64,000 bases of DNA from Octopus vulgaris (GCA_951406725.2 OX597821.1:27838001-27902000); one strand, 5' to 3'; shown: positions 38,715-53,289, counted from the stretch's first letter. Numbers and translations: made by a program. The notes: a model not told the origin generated them from the sequence alone.

Positions 38715-39994
38715 ACCCAATTCAACGGATTTCGCCGCTAAAAGCCACTTGATGCGACCTTCAGGTATCAGTCTGCCGCCCAGAGTTTCGGTGTGGGGTC
38801 GTACAACCACCTGGTACGCCTTTGTTTTGCAGCACTTCTCCCCTGATCGTCGGTTTTTTCGATGGATGAAACGAAGGAACGGCGTGATTCCGTGAAATTC
38901 TGTTTTCTGCTGCGGAAACCGGCGAACGAATGAGTTGTCAAGTTTCAGACAGCGTACAATGATGTTGCCATTAGCAAAACACAAGTTTACAAGTGGTTTT
39001 CGCGCTTTGAAAATGGTTCCTTGTAGCTTGAAGACCAACCTCGTTCAGGATGACTGTCGACCACCAGAACGAATGAAAACATCATGAAAATTCGTGAACT
39101 GATGTTGGAGGACACTCGCCGAAATATTGATGAATTTGTTGATATGGCTGGTGTTATATGGAGCTTCTGCCAATAAATATTGAGCGAGTGAATGAAGAGC
39201 GTTGTGAATGAAAAGTGTTGCAGCATAATTTGAGCATTGTTTGCTCACGGAAGATTAAAACACTCATGACGGAATGCGTATCGCGAACTGAAAGAACAGT
39301 TGGAAGTTGATCCAGATCTTCTTTTGATGGTCATCACTGGTGATGAAAGCTGGTGCTATGTCTACGACTCGGAGACGTAGCAGCAATGAAGTCAATGAAA
39401 GCATTCAAAGTCACCATACCCACCAAAAACGTGTGAAGTGAAGTCAAATGTCATGTACATCCTGGTTTGTTTCAACGATCCGAAAGGAAATGTCCACGCA
39501 CAATTTGTTCCGCCCGGTCAAACACTTAACCATATATTTTACTTGCTAATTCCAAAGTGTTTGCGAGATGCAGTGCGACGAAAACGCCCCGACCAGTGGC
39601 AAAAGGGAGAGTGGTGGTTTTCTCACAGCAATGAGCCTGCGCACACCACCTTGAGTGTGAGACAGGTTTATTGACCAAAAATGGAATGACACCACTTAGT
39701 CACCCTCTCCTTTTCACCTGATCTTGCACCCTGCGACTGTTTTAGTTTCCTCGAAAGAAAAGAGTCCCTAATAGAAAAGGTTTTACAGATATGGAGGAGG
39801 TGAAGAAAAAATGGGTGATATCAAAAGGTATCCCTTCGCAAGAGTTCGAGGACTGCTTCGAACAGTGGGGAACTCCTCTGGACCGGCACATTGCTTGAAA
39901 AGGAGAAGACTTTAAAGGTGATGAAAATGTAAACATATAAAGCTATGTGCATTAAATAATATTGCAAAATTCCGGTTTCTTTTGGGCACCCCTG
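38715..39994 (+). mobile_element. mariner transposon, near full length, inactive
   Basis: transposase remnants as below; right TIR-like end ...ttttgggcacccctg|TA; left end not resolved in the A/T tract. Confidence 0.85.
38862..39940 (+). pseudogene. mariner transposase pseudogene
   Basis: MDETKERRDSVKFCF..SKTQVYKWFSRF..LEDQPRSG, VITGDESWCYVYD, FVPPGQT, LRDAVRRKRPDQW, SPDLAPCD; multiple stops. Confidence 0.9.
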
Positions 39995-39996
39995 TA

Positions 39997-40367
39997 TAGA
40001 CACGTAGGGATACTGAACTGTTCCTGGCTTCAATGGTATCTCGAAAGTATTAGTTGGACGCCCAACCTTCCGAATTCTTTTAAAGAACTTATAAAGGCTG
40101 AAGGACTGTTGCCGCTGCAATAAGTGTTTGAATCCAAGACGGGAATAGCTTGAATAAAATCATAATTAACTGATCTTCCTGTATTTCCTTTTACCCAAAG
40201 CTACGAATTGTACTTGCCAATTCCAAAATGTTTGGGAGATGCAATGAGACGAAAACACCCCGACCAGTGGCAAAATGGAGAGTGGCGGTTTACTCACGGC
40301 AATACGCCTGTGCACACTACATTGAGTGTGAGACAGTTTTTTTGACCAAAAATGGAATGACCCCGCT
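39997..40367 (+). mobile_element. mariner MITE plus second copy of a transposase-internal segment
   Basis: 40003-40207 matches the 31700-32060 family; 40212-40367 is homologous to 39541-39698. Confidence 0.7.
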
Positions 40368-40500
40368 TAATATATACATACATGTGTGTGTGTGTTTCTA
40401 TTACGAACAATAATTAAAATTTTAAGATTTGCTACATACTGATTCATATTATACGCTTGTGTGAATAAAACAAGTCATATTTTAACATAGGAATTAAATA

Positions 40501-40724
40501 AAGTGATCTCTCGACATTCACGGGTGTTACGTTCCATAAAACCCCGCGCTAGGTGAAAATCCACGAAGTAGAAACAGCACTGTTCTGTATATGTTTTTTA
40601 TTACTTTCATAATTTGCATAGATATATATTTTATTATAAATGCAAAACAATACAACGAAGGAATTGACGTAAGCTGAAATAATAAGCTGCGAGAGGTGAA
40701 GCGCCATATGGTGAGGTATTACTG
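40501..40724 (-). mobile_element. pogo/Tigger-type MITE, second copy
   Basis: tgttacgttcca..cccgcg.tagg.gaaaatccacgaa.tagaa.cagca matches the reverse complement of 23775-23861; ends attactg|TA. Confidence 0.75.
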
Positions 40725-40774
40725 TATATCTAACTATCTATATGTATATGTACATGTGTGTGTGTGTGTGCGTG

Positions 40775-40823
<49 letters not shown>

Positions 40824-41755
40824 GCAAATGAAAATACAAAATGATTTTCCCATTACATTTTTATTATAGATATATTGGTGTGTTCTCACAAGATTTCTCA
40901 TCTGCTTAACAAAAAGGAAATAATCACTTATTCTACAAATTTCTAGTATGAAAGCCATTTTAATGAATAAATTTTAGTGTAAGTAATATCCGTATAAAGA
41001 AAGATATTTTACTCCAGATTCACTTAGTACTGGATTGAGTTGAAGTAACTATAAGTTCAGTGAGGTCGAAGTTATAAGAGGTTCGTATGTTTCTGCTTTC
41101 GAATTTTTTTACATCATATTCCACTATGTGAATTTTCTGATCTTAAAATTCTTAAGCCAAACATAGCTTATTCGTCATTTTATCAGAGAGATGGAGTTAT
41201 TTTGGGTATATTTCCGTATGTAGTCAACTATTCTTTATTTATTTTCGTTGGAGCACTATCTCAATATTTTTGCATTGCTAGCGATATGAGATTTATTCAA
41301 TATCTTCTCTTCTTCCGTTGTATATTGTATGGTAAATTCATGAACATTCTACTGCTAAGATGGAATTTTGCTTTACTGATTTCTTTCATTACTTGGAGAA
41401 AATTCTCGCTTAAATTTTTATCTACTTTAAGTGGTTTAGATAGCGTTTTCGGAGATTTGAACATGGGTCGTACTAATAATTGTTTAAAAAATCACGTTAC
41501 GAGTTACGCCTACACACACAAACATATTTTTTGAATAAAAGAAGATTGATACTGTATGGCGTAAATATTTATATTATATATCTATTTATGAAAGTAAAAG
41601 TATAAAAATGATTTCACAAGACAAATGTTCATCTATGAAACTGTTATGGTAAATATATTTGTGTACATTTTCACTTGATTAGTTTTATACACAAATCAAT
41701 GAGAAAGAACCGTATACTATATATATTATAGTATATAAAAATGTATGTAAATATG

Positions 41756-41789
<34 letters not shown>

Positions 41790-41811
41790 AAGTTATATAT
41801 GTGTGTGCATG

Positions 41812-41861
<50 letters not shown>

Positions 41862-41864
<3 letters not shown>

Positions 41865-42147
41865 ATAATATAGGGTGAAATTAATTAATTTGGAATAATC
41901 ATTAATTTCACCAAGTAGATTTCGGCATGTAAAAGCCCCATTCAAGGAAGGTTTAAGTAATACTAGGTAATTAAGGGTTTAGCAACGATTTGCCTCACCA
42001 CACACCGAATTTAGAAATAGCTGCCAAAAAGTTATGGCTATTCTTTCTACTTAAAATTAGAAAGAATAGCCATAACTTTTTGACTGCTATTTCTAAATTT
42101 GGTGTATGGTGAGGCAAATTGTTGCTAAACACTTAATTACTTAGTAT
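41862..42147. mobile_element. (TA)n-bracketed fold-back element (arms 41960-42049 / 42058-42147)
   Basis: ~90-bp imperfect inverted arms, 8-nt loop; extra small hairpin ggtgaaattaat/attaatttcacc upstream. Confidence 0.85.
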
Positions 42148-42711
42148 ATATATATATGCATGTATTGTACGTACGTAGTATGTATGTATATATGTATGAA
42201 CGGCGACTGAGCAAAACTGTTAAGTACATGCTGTTTTTATTTACATATATGTGATTTTTAGTGAATGCGATGTATCGTTCGAAAAGAATAAAATCTAATT
42301 TACACTTCATATAGAAGAATGCAGGTAGGGGGTTTCCATATTGTCTTTACATTTCTACAAATATCCGTTACTGCATCTTTTTTTATCAATATTAATATAT
42401 ACGTTGAAAAATGAAACGGTACATTTGATGTACTAATTCGAATCCGTATACATCTAATAATGAAAGAAATGCTCACGTTTTGTACTGTCCTCGGTTATAG
42501 TACTCTACTATATTTGATCCAACTTAAGGTATAACTGTAATTTTCTATTCAAATTTTCTTCGAACCAACTGTGTTAAAACTAAAAGTTCTTAAATTTACA
42601 TCTTCAGATTCCGCAGCCCATTTTAAATTTTGAATAATGAGCGAAAGATCAATTTATACCACGTTTGCCGTTCCTCATTTTATTTTTTACATTGATTGGT
42701 ACGAATCGATA

Positions 42712-43118
42712 TTCTTTTACGGCAGTTTTTAACATAATTTCTAGGTAACTAAAAAAATTTTAAACTTCGTATACTGGTAGAATGTATTTATAATACATCT
42801 TTTTCTCTTGGCTTTATTAAGATAATTCTATAGTTTGTAAGATATTTGTTGTTTTTATTCTTCAATTTCTGCAATTTCAACCAATCAATGACGTCTAGTG
42901 AGGTAAAAAAAAATCTGTGCCGTATGAATATGTCCCTCGTTTAAGAACAGATTGGGTTTATTTACATTTGTGAAGAAAAAAGCTACCCTTCTCTCCACCC
43001 CTAACCCTAACCCTAAAACAGATTGAAATGCAATAGATCGATACAAGAGTCATAATTATGGATGACAATTTCATATGACACCGCTAGAAAAAACTGCCGT
43101 TCAAACCGAAAAGACCCC
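42712..43118. mobile_element. Non-autonomous element with subterminal inverted repeats and internal (CCCTAA)3
   Basis: acggcagttttt (42719-42730) / aaaaactgccgt (43089-43100); CCCTAA x3 at 42999-43016. Confidence 0.55.
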
Positions 43119-43669
43119 TTTTGCTAAATTTTTTACAAACAAGCGTGTTAAAATATCAAACTCTAATGTTTGTATCTTCAAGATTCGCAACCCACTTGAA
43201 ATTACGAAATTACGTGAAATAAATAGTCTTTGTTTCCTTTATTATTCTTAATACTAGGTCACTGAATATATGTGTTACATGAGGTCTAGATTACACACAC
43301 AGTAGAACAAAATTACATGTAAACGAATTTTTGATTCTTGACACATTTTGGTGATAAAAAATAATTAACAGTTCTAATTTATTCAAAATTGAACCTAAAA
43401 TAATGAAAAAACTAAAATCAACTAAAATTGGAACTAAATTGTAACTAAATAATACGAATTGTTGTAGTGCATTCATTCCTTTTCGTTCAAGTAATAAAGC
43501 CAATTAATTTTTTAGTAGACGAGAATTAGCATCTCACTCTGAAATAAAGAATGGAACAGTCAAAGATTTGTTGCTTTAGAAATTCCTTAAAAGACAAAGT
43601 GCTGATTGTTTTTTTTTTTATTTTTCAAAATAGCTAAAACTAAATAATTCTAATTGATTATTAATGTAT

Positions 43670-46524
43670 TACCATTCAATTTGAATTCCTTTTTTTGTCT
43701 CGAACACCGGAACTTTTTCTCTTGATAAGATTCGATTCCTATTGAAACCGTCTCAACTGTTTTCACCACAAATATTAGATGATGCTTCTGCCACGAGTTC
43801 TACACATCTCTCCACAGCTTGGGTGTGGCACGGTAATTTTTCCATTTGCGTCAAATGCCGCTTTTAAATTAAGGTATCGATTTATTCATCGCGTAAAATG
43901 CTTGTGTTAGAGATGTTTCAGTAACAATAGTGTCTTGCCATTATGTCCATGTAGCTTGAAACAGCAAAGTTTAGGGTAGGTATTTTGAAAGGTTGCACAT
44001 ATTTCCATTTATACTGTCTTCGAACCTGCTTTATGCGCCTCCATGGTAGTTCTCGAATGTGGTTCAGTTCCTCATTTATCATGACCAGGAAAATATTTTG
44101 TAGGTGTGCGAAGAAAGCATTCCGTTGGAAATAAAATGTCTTGTACCGCTTGGTCCATTTCTCACGAAGACTCAATCGTCTTGAACACATTTAGAGCCCA
44201 CTTTTCCGAAGAAAAGTTGCTTTAATTGTGAACCACATTGGCACATAAACTTTTATTGTGTAATCAACAATTAATTTCATAGTGTTAGAAGTATTCTCGG
44301 TGGCAAACTACAACCGTAGCTAAAACTAAGTATGCCATCTTCTAAGGAAGCTATATTTACTGTTTTGCATTCTGCTATGTAGAAATATTTACTTCTTGCT
44401 ACATATTATCCATGAAATCCAAAACTCGACACAAAATAGCGATTTTTAAAATCTTCAATTGCGTTGCGGAGCAGGAAAATAATATTTAACCTCAAAGTCC
44501 TTTATACAGCTTTCTTGTAACTTTAATTTACAACGAAATATCGATTCTTGTTTACCTATTTCGGCAGTTGCATACGATTTGCAGTTGTATGCCATCGGGA
44601 ATGCGTAATTTTAACGGGATTCCTTAATGCACTTTCAGATGACTATTTCCCTTCAGTAACAGACTGGTGGATATCAAGTATGTATTTTTGATCAGTGATG
44701 ATCTGTCTACTGATGGTAAGTCCGTTGGAATCTCATTAAATATCATAACACTTAGTGTTTCACTTCATTCCAGTCTCTTACCAATCGGCAGTTTTTCCGC
44801 GTGATCGTTACTATGATGTCGTAAGGGAAGCACATTTGCGCGGAGCTGACACACAAACCAATGCAATGGCTTCTTCAATGTATCCTCCAAACGTCTAACG
44901 GTGCCTCCTTTAGGTCCTGTATTGACTGCAGTACCATCGCAACCTACAGCTATCATGTGATTGGTTACTATCACATTGGTCTCCAAATAATTCAACAAAC
45001 CATCGGAAATGGCTTTTGCAGAACCCGTTTTAACAGCGAAGTGCCCAAGTTAGCAGGACTCAGGTTCTTCTATCAATGAAATGTATTACGAATTTGTTTC
45101 CATTTCTTCACTTATGAGGGTTGTGTCCCTCCTTCCATCAAAATACACGGCAGTAGACAATGGTTTGTGTGGCCTACATTCCTGCTGCATGGATTTACAT
45201 TTTATGGATCGTTTCCGCCTTACCTTCGATCTGTCTATGATGAAAGATCATTCACCAGATATACTTGCCGTTAAGTTGCTGGTGAACGAACTTGTAAGAA
45301 GAGCAGCAGTACGGTCTGACAAAACGGTGCGGTCAGAGGCAGAAGCTAGTTATGCATATTTTTTCGTTTAATGGTGTTTTGAACCTACGTTTTTGCTGAC
45401 ATCTTTTCGCTTCATGGAAAATGGAATTGGAAAAACTTCATATTCGCCTGCTGATCTATTTCCAGATTCACTCCCTAATGAAAACTCTATCAAATCAGAA
45501 TCCCTTGCTGACATAGAAGGGCGACTGTGTTCTGGCTGATTCTTTCTAATCAACCTCAGAACGTTCTGTTTAGATATTGCTTGCTTTGCCCGTTGATCAT
45601 CTAAAAAATCTTGTTCTTACTGTGGTACATTTTAAAATCTTTAATACAACTGCAGGTTTGAGAGAAGTTGCGTTTGTAACAGGAAATAAATCTTTTGTTC
45701 CATTGCTTTTAAACACATTACTCATAGTTTGAAACGATGGCATATTTTTTCTATTTTTGACAGATTTTAGTAATGCTTGGTACTTTAGATAAATATTTAG
45801 GATTTTAGGTTAAATTGACTCTATTGTAACACAGGGGATGGATGTCTTTTGCCAGAGGGGAATTATCTTTTCTGCTACAATCTTGGTAATTTGTTTAATT
45901 GAAAGATTTTTGTTAACTACATTCTTTTCTTTTCTCGTTGAAATAAAACACATTTTAGCACGTCCTTGTAAGTTGGCAAAACTCGCTCGCTAAGATCACA
46001 TGGAGTACCAAATATTGGGCATTCAGTATCATGGCGCGTTATTAGGCTATGTGTCATCACTAAATGTAAAGAACACAAAATTTAACACGATCATTAATTT
46101 TAATACAACAGCCTAATGTCAAGAGACAAAGTAAAAAACTTCATACATGTACCACGTACGTCCACACGCAACGACCGTTGCAGCGGCACTGGAGAAAAGT
46201 TCATAACCCGTTTTCTTCATATCCAATGCGGAACTTTCAGATTTTAGTCAATTGCATTTAACCTTAGTATGCCATCTTCTAAGGATGCTATATTTACTGT
46301 TTTGCATTCTTCTATGTAGAAATATTTATTTCTTACTAATTATTATCCATGAAATCCTAAACTCGACATAAAATAGCGATTTTTAAAATCTTCAATTGCG
46401 TTGCGGAGCCGGAAAATAGTATTTAACCGCAAATTTCTTTATAGAGCTTTCTTATAACTTTAATTTACAACAAAATATTGATTCTCGTTTATCTATTTCG
46501 AAAGTTGCATGTTTCACTCCACCC
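43670..46524 (-). mobile_element. DNA transposon with decayed DDE transposase, Sola2-like (family call tentative)
   Basis: N-terminal VLPTYKDVL..LWQKTSIP, VYFDGRRDTT, GCDGTAVNTG..WFVCQLRAN.LPLRH, PCHTQAVERCVELVAEAS; probable ATG at 46057; terminus GGGTGGAG at 46524; other terminus not found. Confidence 0.75.
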
Positions 46525-46599
46525 TAGTAATCAGCGTGACATTGAACCAGCAGAACTGATGTTCGCGATGAAGGTGAAATCAATTTTTGATAAACGGTG

Positions 46600-47007
46600 A
46601 CCTGGTGAGGAAAGAAAAGTGCCAGGAAAAGCATGTTAAAATTTTTCAAAATTGGTGATAAAGTGTACATGAGGCCATAAAAAAAAGGAAAACTGTACTG
46701 GAAAGAAGACGAGACTATAACGTACATAGGGAAAATGATGTACGGGGTAAAAAGCAAAAAAGGTATTGAAAAAAGAAACAAAAAAAATAAAGAGATTCAT
46801 TGAAAATGAAGCAGACCGATTGGAAGACATACGGTATGGCTATATGACAGATTCCAGGTACCGGCACCTTGACAAACATAGAGTTCTTAGAATTAAACGC
46901 CAAAAAGAAAAGATATTAAGTTGAAAAAAACACCAAAAAGGGATGGTGGGTGAATAAAGTAAAATAAAATTACTTGCTTTTCAAAGAAGGAACAACTAAA
47001 TGGGGGA
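46600..47007 (+). mobile_element. Gypsy-like integrase C-terminal remnant and polypurine tract
   Basis: IGDKVYMRP*KKGKLYWKEDETITYIGKMMYGVK; ggggga immediately before TGTTGT. Confidence 0.55.
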
Positions 47008-47276
47008 TGTTGTAGTGATATATTACACTCCTTCCCAAGTGATAAGTGGTATAACACAGCCATTCCAAAGCCAGTCTGTCAGCTGTTATTACAAACCTGT
47101 CGGTAGTAGTAAGGTCGTAGTACGAGTACTCAGTTTGGAGTCAGTGTAAGTTACGTGATATATTCGAGCTCGACTACCGTCAAGGTAGACGTTTCAAAGT
47201 CATCGTCATGCGGGGCAATCATCGATAGCACGATATACGAATCAAATATAATAAGACGTGAAATACCCCAACAACA
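47008..47276 (+). mobile_element. LTR (269 bp)
   Basis: TGTTGT...ACAACA terminal inverted repeat preceded by a PPT. Confidence 0.6.
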
Positions 47277-48154
47277 TAATAGAGGCGACAAAAATATTAG
47301 TGCTGACAATAACATGCAAGTAAACAAAGATCAACATCATAACAATTTTCATTGTGAATTAGGTATTACATCAATAGGCCTTAAAAAAGCAATGGTGCTA
47401 AACAGATCTCTTTGATATACATTTCTGCAGTTAATAATCACACTATCTAACACAATTCTAATTTTCTTCTAGCTTTTGTTCAAGTGTCTGTTATTTCCTA
47501 TTGCAAAGAGAAGACTACTGTTCTTTTCAAAATTTATTTTTGTGACCAGGACATCAATATTTCGAAGCTGGACTGTTTTCCCTTACATTTGAAACAAATT
47601 CACCGCTGAGATGCTAAAGAATAAATAATGTTTTAGTCAATATTCTACTCAATACCACAGATTTGCTTGTCGGTTGCTTGACCTTAATGACTTGAGCACG
47701 CCCTTAGTTGTTATACATGAAGAATATCTCTGCTCGTCGGTAGGAGCAGTGGAGGAACATCATAGCTATGTGTCGAGAGCGATTATTTGGAGTTTGAATA
47801 ATTGGAACAAAAGTAAAGTGTGAAGGAAATATTACACAATGCTCATAATTTCTAGCCGTAAGCAAATAGAAAACACCAGTTGCTATCCAAAGACAAAAAT
47901 TGTCTTACACAGTGTTATAATATATTCTACAATGATATACTCATTAAATCCAGATTTGCCTTCCATTTATTTTTCTACAAAACATTTTCCCCGAATCTCT
48001 GAAAAATACATTCCAGAAGTAAATATTCGTTATGAATACATCGCAGCCATATGAATACATTATAAAAATTTACATGATATTGCGAAAATCGGAGAATATG
48101 GGTATCTTTATATCATTATCTTCGGAATTAATGTTCCTGTTTTATCTACAGTCG

Positions 48155-48319
48155 CTGCTGCTGCTCAGAACGCTGTTCCACGTTCTACTGCTGCTGCTGC
48201 TGTAGCTACTGATGATGATAATGCTGCTCATGATGGTCATCATCATCTGTATCATAATCTTGCTCCTCCTCGGTAAAAAGGATAATAATAATAAATAATA
48301 CCAAAAATATTATTATATA

Positions 48320-48371
<52 letters not shown>

Positions 48372-48429
48372 GTATTATCAACATTATTATTATTATTATT
48401 ACTACTATTATTATTATTACTATTACTAA

Positions 48430-48483
<54 letters not shown>

Positions 48484-48530
48484 TGTTACTATTATTATTT
48501 TTTTATTATTATTATTATTATTATTAATAA

Positions 48531-48569
<39 letters not shown>

Positions 48570-48610
48570 CAGTATTGTTATTATTATTTCACATTATTGT
48601 CGCTATTATT
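48155..48610. repeat. Compound trinucleotide tract (GCT/GAT/ATT/AGT)
   Basis: read directly. Confidence 0.9.
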
Positions 48611-49024
48611 GCTAGCTTAGAAAAGGATTACAACATTATAAATTTGATTTTAGTGATTAATACGTGAAAACTGTTTAGAAATTAATGTGTCTACCACCGA
48701 ATTATGATGTACATATAGATATATATGTAGAAATATATTTGCGTATAAAAATTTGATGAATTTTATCAGTAGACGAATAAATCTCATTACTAGCAGATAC
48801 TAAATACACGTATGCGTACAAACATACACTAATAAATATATACATAGATACATACATATACATAGATGAAGGCACGTTTACATTATATATAGCATGTATG
48901 TATGTACGTATGTTTGTATGCATATATGTATTTATACAATACGTATGTACATAATCTATTTACATATATACACATATATATACATATATATATATATATA
49001 TCTTTATACATGTGTGTGTATTTG

Positions 49025-49073
<49 letters not shown>

Positions 49074-51048
49074 CTTTGGTAAATTTGGAACAGGGTGGTA
49101 CAGACATTGTTTATCAAAGCAAGCTGTATAATCGCAAGTATTAGAGGGCGCCTTAAACTGTAGTCGATGCTACGACTTTTTCAGAATGTGAATTCAGCTA
49201 CTATGAGAAATGGAGTTTAATAATACTAAAAAAAATATGATTATAGCATTTCCGCAGCAGAACCCTAAATCGTTCCATTTACTAAATACAACCAAATCTC
49301 TAATCTTTTCACTTTTCCGTATTGGCATGTCCCCTATTTTCGTCTTATATGCTGTATTTTCTCAAGAATGTATAACTTTCAGATTTATAGTTTCCCACCT
49401 ACCTCCGTCAGTCTCAACTTCCACAATGCCCATAGCTAAAATTTACCACACAAATCGCACTTAAGGGACATAAAATGAAAACAGACTTTTGACAAACTTA
49501 CAGCTAGCTCAAATTTATTTGCGTGAAAACTGGATCAAAATTTGGGGTAATTGATATGTCACAGTATCTTTTATTTCTTCTCGGGATTTTCTAAATTATT
49601 CTCGAAGGCTAACATACCTGTACATCAATAATGCATTTAACATATCTACACGTATACACAAATTCACTGATACACTGGAACACCCAACAACCCACAAGCC
49701 CGAACGCACACGCCATATGTAAACGGATCAAAATAATGTATGCTACTCGTATTTGAAACAACAGGGATCCTTTTCCCATCTAAGAACTCTACGGCACTGT
49801 TGAATTCCAAAACTGTAATTTTCAAGTGTTGTAATCATATAGAAAAGTTCCTGTTGATGAATTGGAAACTACCACCTCCTCCGGATTGAGAAAGGGTTCT
49901 TCAGACCCTAGGCCGCTATCCTTTCAACGTTATGACTTTACGGTGAACGGGGATACAACTCTACTTATCCTCCTCTTGTATTTTTCTGTTTTCTTTTTAC
50001 TTTTCCGGTTTTTCAACCTTCCACCTTTTACGTGTACTTTCTCCTCGTCTTTTTTCCCTTTATCCTGTTATACTAACGACCTGTTTTTAGTGTGTTATGC
50101 CATTTGGGCACAGCCTCAGGTTTACGTGTAGACACCAGTCGTGCTAGAAAATGCTGTCAGAGTAGTTCTTCGTTGCATGAAACTAATTGTAAGCTCGTTA
50201 CAAGTCATATTGCGTTTATTAAATAATATTAATGTCTCATCACATGGACTAGTCTTTGGTTGATCCTACCATCACGGAACAGTGTTCATTATTTGTCTGT
50301 TTGTCTGTCTTTCTATATATATACATATATATTGTACTTATGTGTACAAGTTTCTTTTAATTACATTAAGCATATGTGTACTGAGTTATCTTCGGGCGGC
50401 TGTTTTGAGAAATAAATGAATCCCAAGTGTATTCTATATTTCCCTATTTTGTTACTCAAATATTTACTAACAATGCACATTTTATATTAAATTCTCTTTT
50501 GTCACAATTAACCACATATTTCTCATTCTCAGTTCATAACTTATGCTTACCAATAATTTGACGATTTCTTGCAGCATAAATTTGTATATGTTAACATGGT
50601 GATCTTAAATATCGCTCCAGATGATTTCATCATTTATCACTCGACAAATAAATAAAACGGCGATGTTCTGTTAACCGTAATTACAAATCAAGTTTCGAAC
50701 AGTACACCCTACAGTTAAAATGGTTAAAATCTAATATGATCATTTACGCCAGTGGTTGAAACTGTGTACATTTTACTATACAATAGTACATATCTTTGTA
50801 CTGAGCATTATGTGCGGTAAATAATTTACATGATTTTAATTAAATTGCAAATTCAGTTTGAATTGATCTATTTGTGTACATTTCTATATATGACTTTCGT
50901 TTCAACAAACAACGTCAACCCATACAAACATATACAGACGTGTGTGAAGTTTTAAAAGTACAAAAAGATCCATGCAATCAAAGATAATGGAAAATAATCA
51001 ATTTGCATAATTTACGATAGTCATGTTACTCCCCTACCAGAACTTTGT

Positions 51049-51292
<244 letters not shown>

Positions 51293-51867
51293 TTCACCGC
51301 AAGAAGCGGTATATATGTGCTTACATACCGATATAGAAATATACTAAACTACCGATTATGTCGTCGGATCTCAGCCTATCTGAAGCATCAAAAGTAATCA
51401 TTATCGACTTACATATTATCTAGCGTGTTGGTAACGTTCTGTCTGATATTGTAGCCTTAAAAGTGTTTCAAAAGTTGCCTTTACACAAATCTGTATACGA
51501 TTGACTACGTGACTGCGATCTTTGTACTCTTTACTTTTTATCATTCGGCGCAGTCGCTGTTTTACACCCATTTTTTTTGGGGGGGGGGGGACATGCCCTT
51601 AATTTATATCTATTTTGTTTTTCTTATAATTCTTGCTTTGATTTCAAACCAAAGCTTGTTCTGTTCATATTCGCTGGTAACGTGAACACTAAAACTTGCG
51701 AACATTAACATCTGTGTTCATATGTAACAGCTTTTGGTGGTGTTATATCGTGTATTTGTTTCTCATCACTCTCTGAATTAATACATACATGTATATAGAG
51801 AGGGGAAGAAAGAGATAGATAAATATACATATACATATAAATATGTATCAGAATATACTTATCGGTA

Positions 51868-51922
<55 letters not shown>

Positions 51923-52105
51923 ACGTATACACGCAGGCACACACATGTACACAGCCACACAGGTACACACACTCACTTCTAAGTTGTATAATAGGTCTGG
52001 TAATGCGTGTGGTAACCCAATAATGCTTTTAATGTTTTTTTTCTGATATAAGTCGGGAAGTTATTTCGAAAAGCTGATAATCAAATTCATAAGATAGGCA
52101 TATTA

Positions 52106-52136
<31 letters not shown>

Positions 52137-53289
52137 TGTATGTATGTATGTATGTATGTATGTATGTATGTTTGTATGTATGTATGTATGTATGTTTTGA
52201 TGTATGCATGTAAAGATATATATGTGTGTCTGTGCAAGTATGTATATGCATATTTATAATATCTATATAGGTTTATATATACATACGCAAAGCACGCGCG
52301 TACACACACACGCATGCACTCACACAAACATACACACACAAGCACGCAAACATACACACACAAGCACACAAACATACACACCCGCACAAACGCGCGCACA
52401 CACATTTATATATATATCGTGACGATGGTGAGAAATGGAAATATATATTAATTCAGCTCACAGATTTGAATATCAAATTATATCTAATAATTATTATCGA
52501 TATTTCAAGTCATCTTTTAATATTTATTGATTATTTTTAGCTATCCATAAATCGTATGTTTCTTGAGAATTTCATTTATAGCTATTTTAATTATTGTCTT
52601 GTTTTCATTTCTTTTTATGTAATCTGTTTCCTAATTTAAATTCTTAGTAATTCGATATGATAATAAAGAGAGTGAGAGAGTTTAGTTTTATAGAGATATA
52701 TTAAGTCTTCTTATTCAAATATTGATTCCTGTAGACTTAATACGATTCTCTCAGGTTTGATACAGTATTTAATAAACATCATGGTTCTTACAAAGAAAAC
52801 TACTAAATCTTCGTTTTCAGTTTTCAATACATATGTTGCTGATGTTACTTTATTTTGAATCAGTTTAGGACAACATCATAGTATATATAACTAGTATTAA
52901 ATTTTGAGTTGAAATGATTTGAATGTACATGTTGTGCAGTATATAGGATGGATAACGTTATATGAGACTCTACGATATGGTTTCGGATTTTGAAACTCTC
53001 TAATGTAGTGCTGCTCTGATGTTTATATATTAAGGCATCATCATACCACCCTGGGAATCTACAAACATACGTTCTGTGTATTTACTAGTATATAATATAT
53101 TTCACTCCTCTTTAAGTGATTCTCATGTGAAGATACGAGGAAGTTGAATAATGAAACTATTGAATATTTCTATTTTATTTGTCAAACTTGATTTTAACGG
53201 TAATCAGTTTCAAAAGACTGATTATCTTCTTTGGGACATGTCATTTTATTTTACATTTTTTTTTTTTGTTACTGAATACATGACTATAT

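Noticed and set aside
49860-50180. Possible second Gypsy integrase tail and PPT on the minus strand
   Set aside because: Only vague similarity and no LTR boundary found
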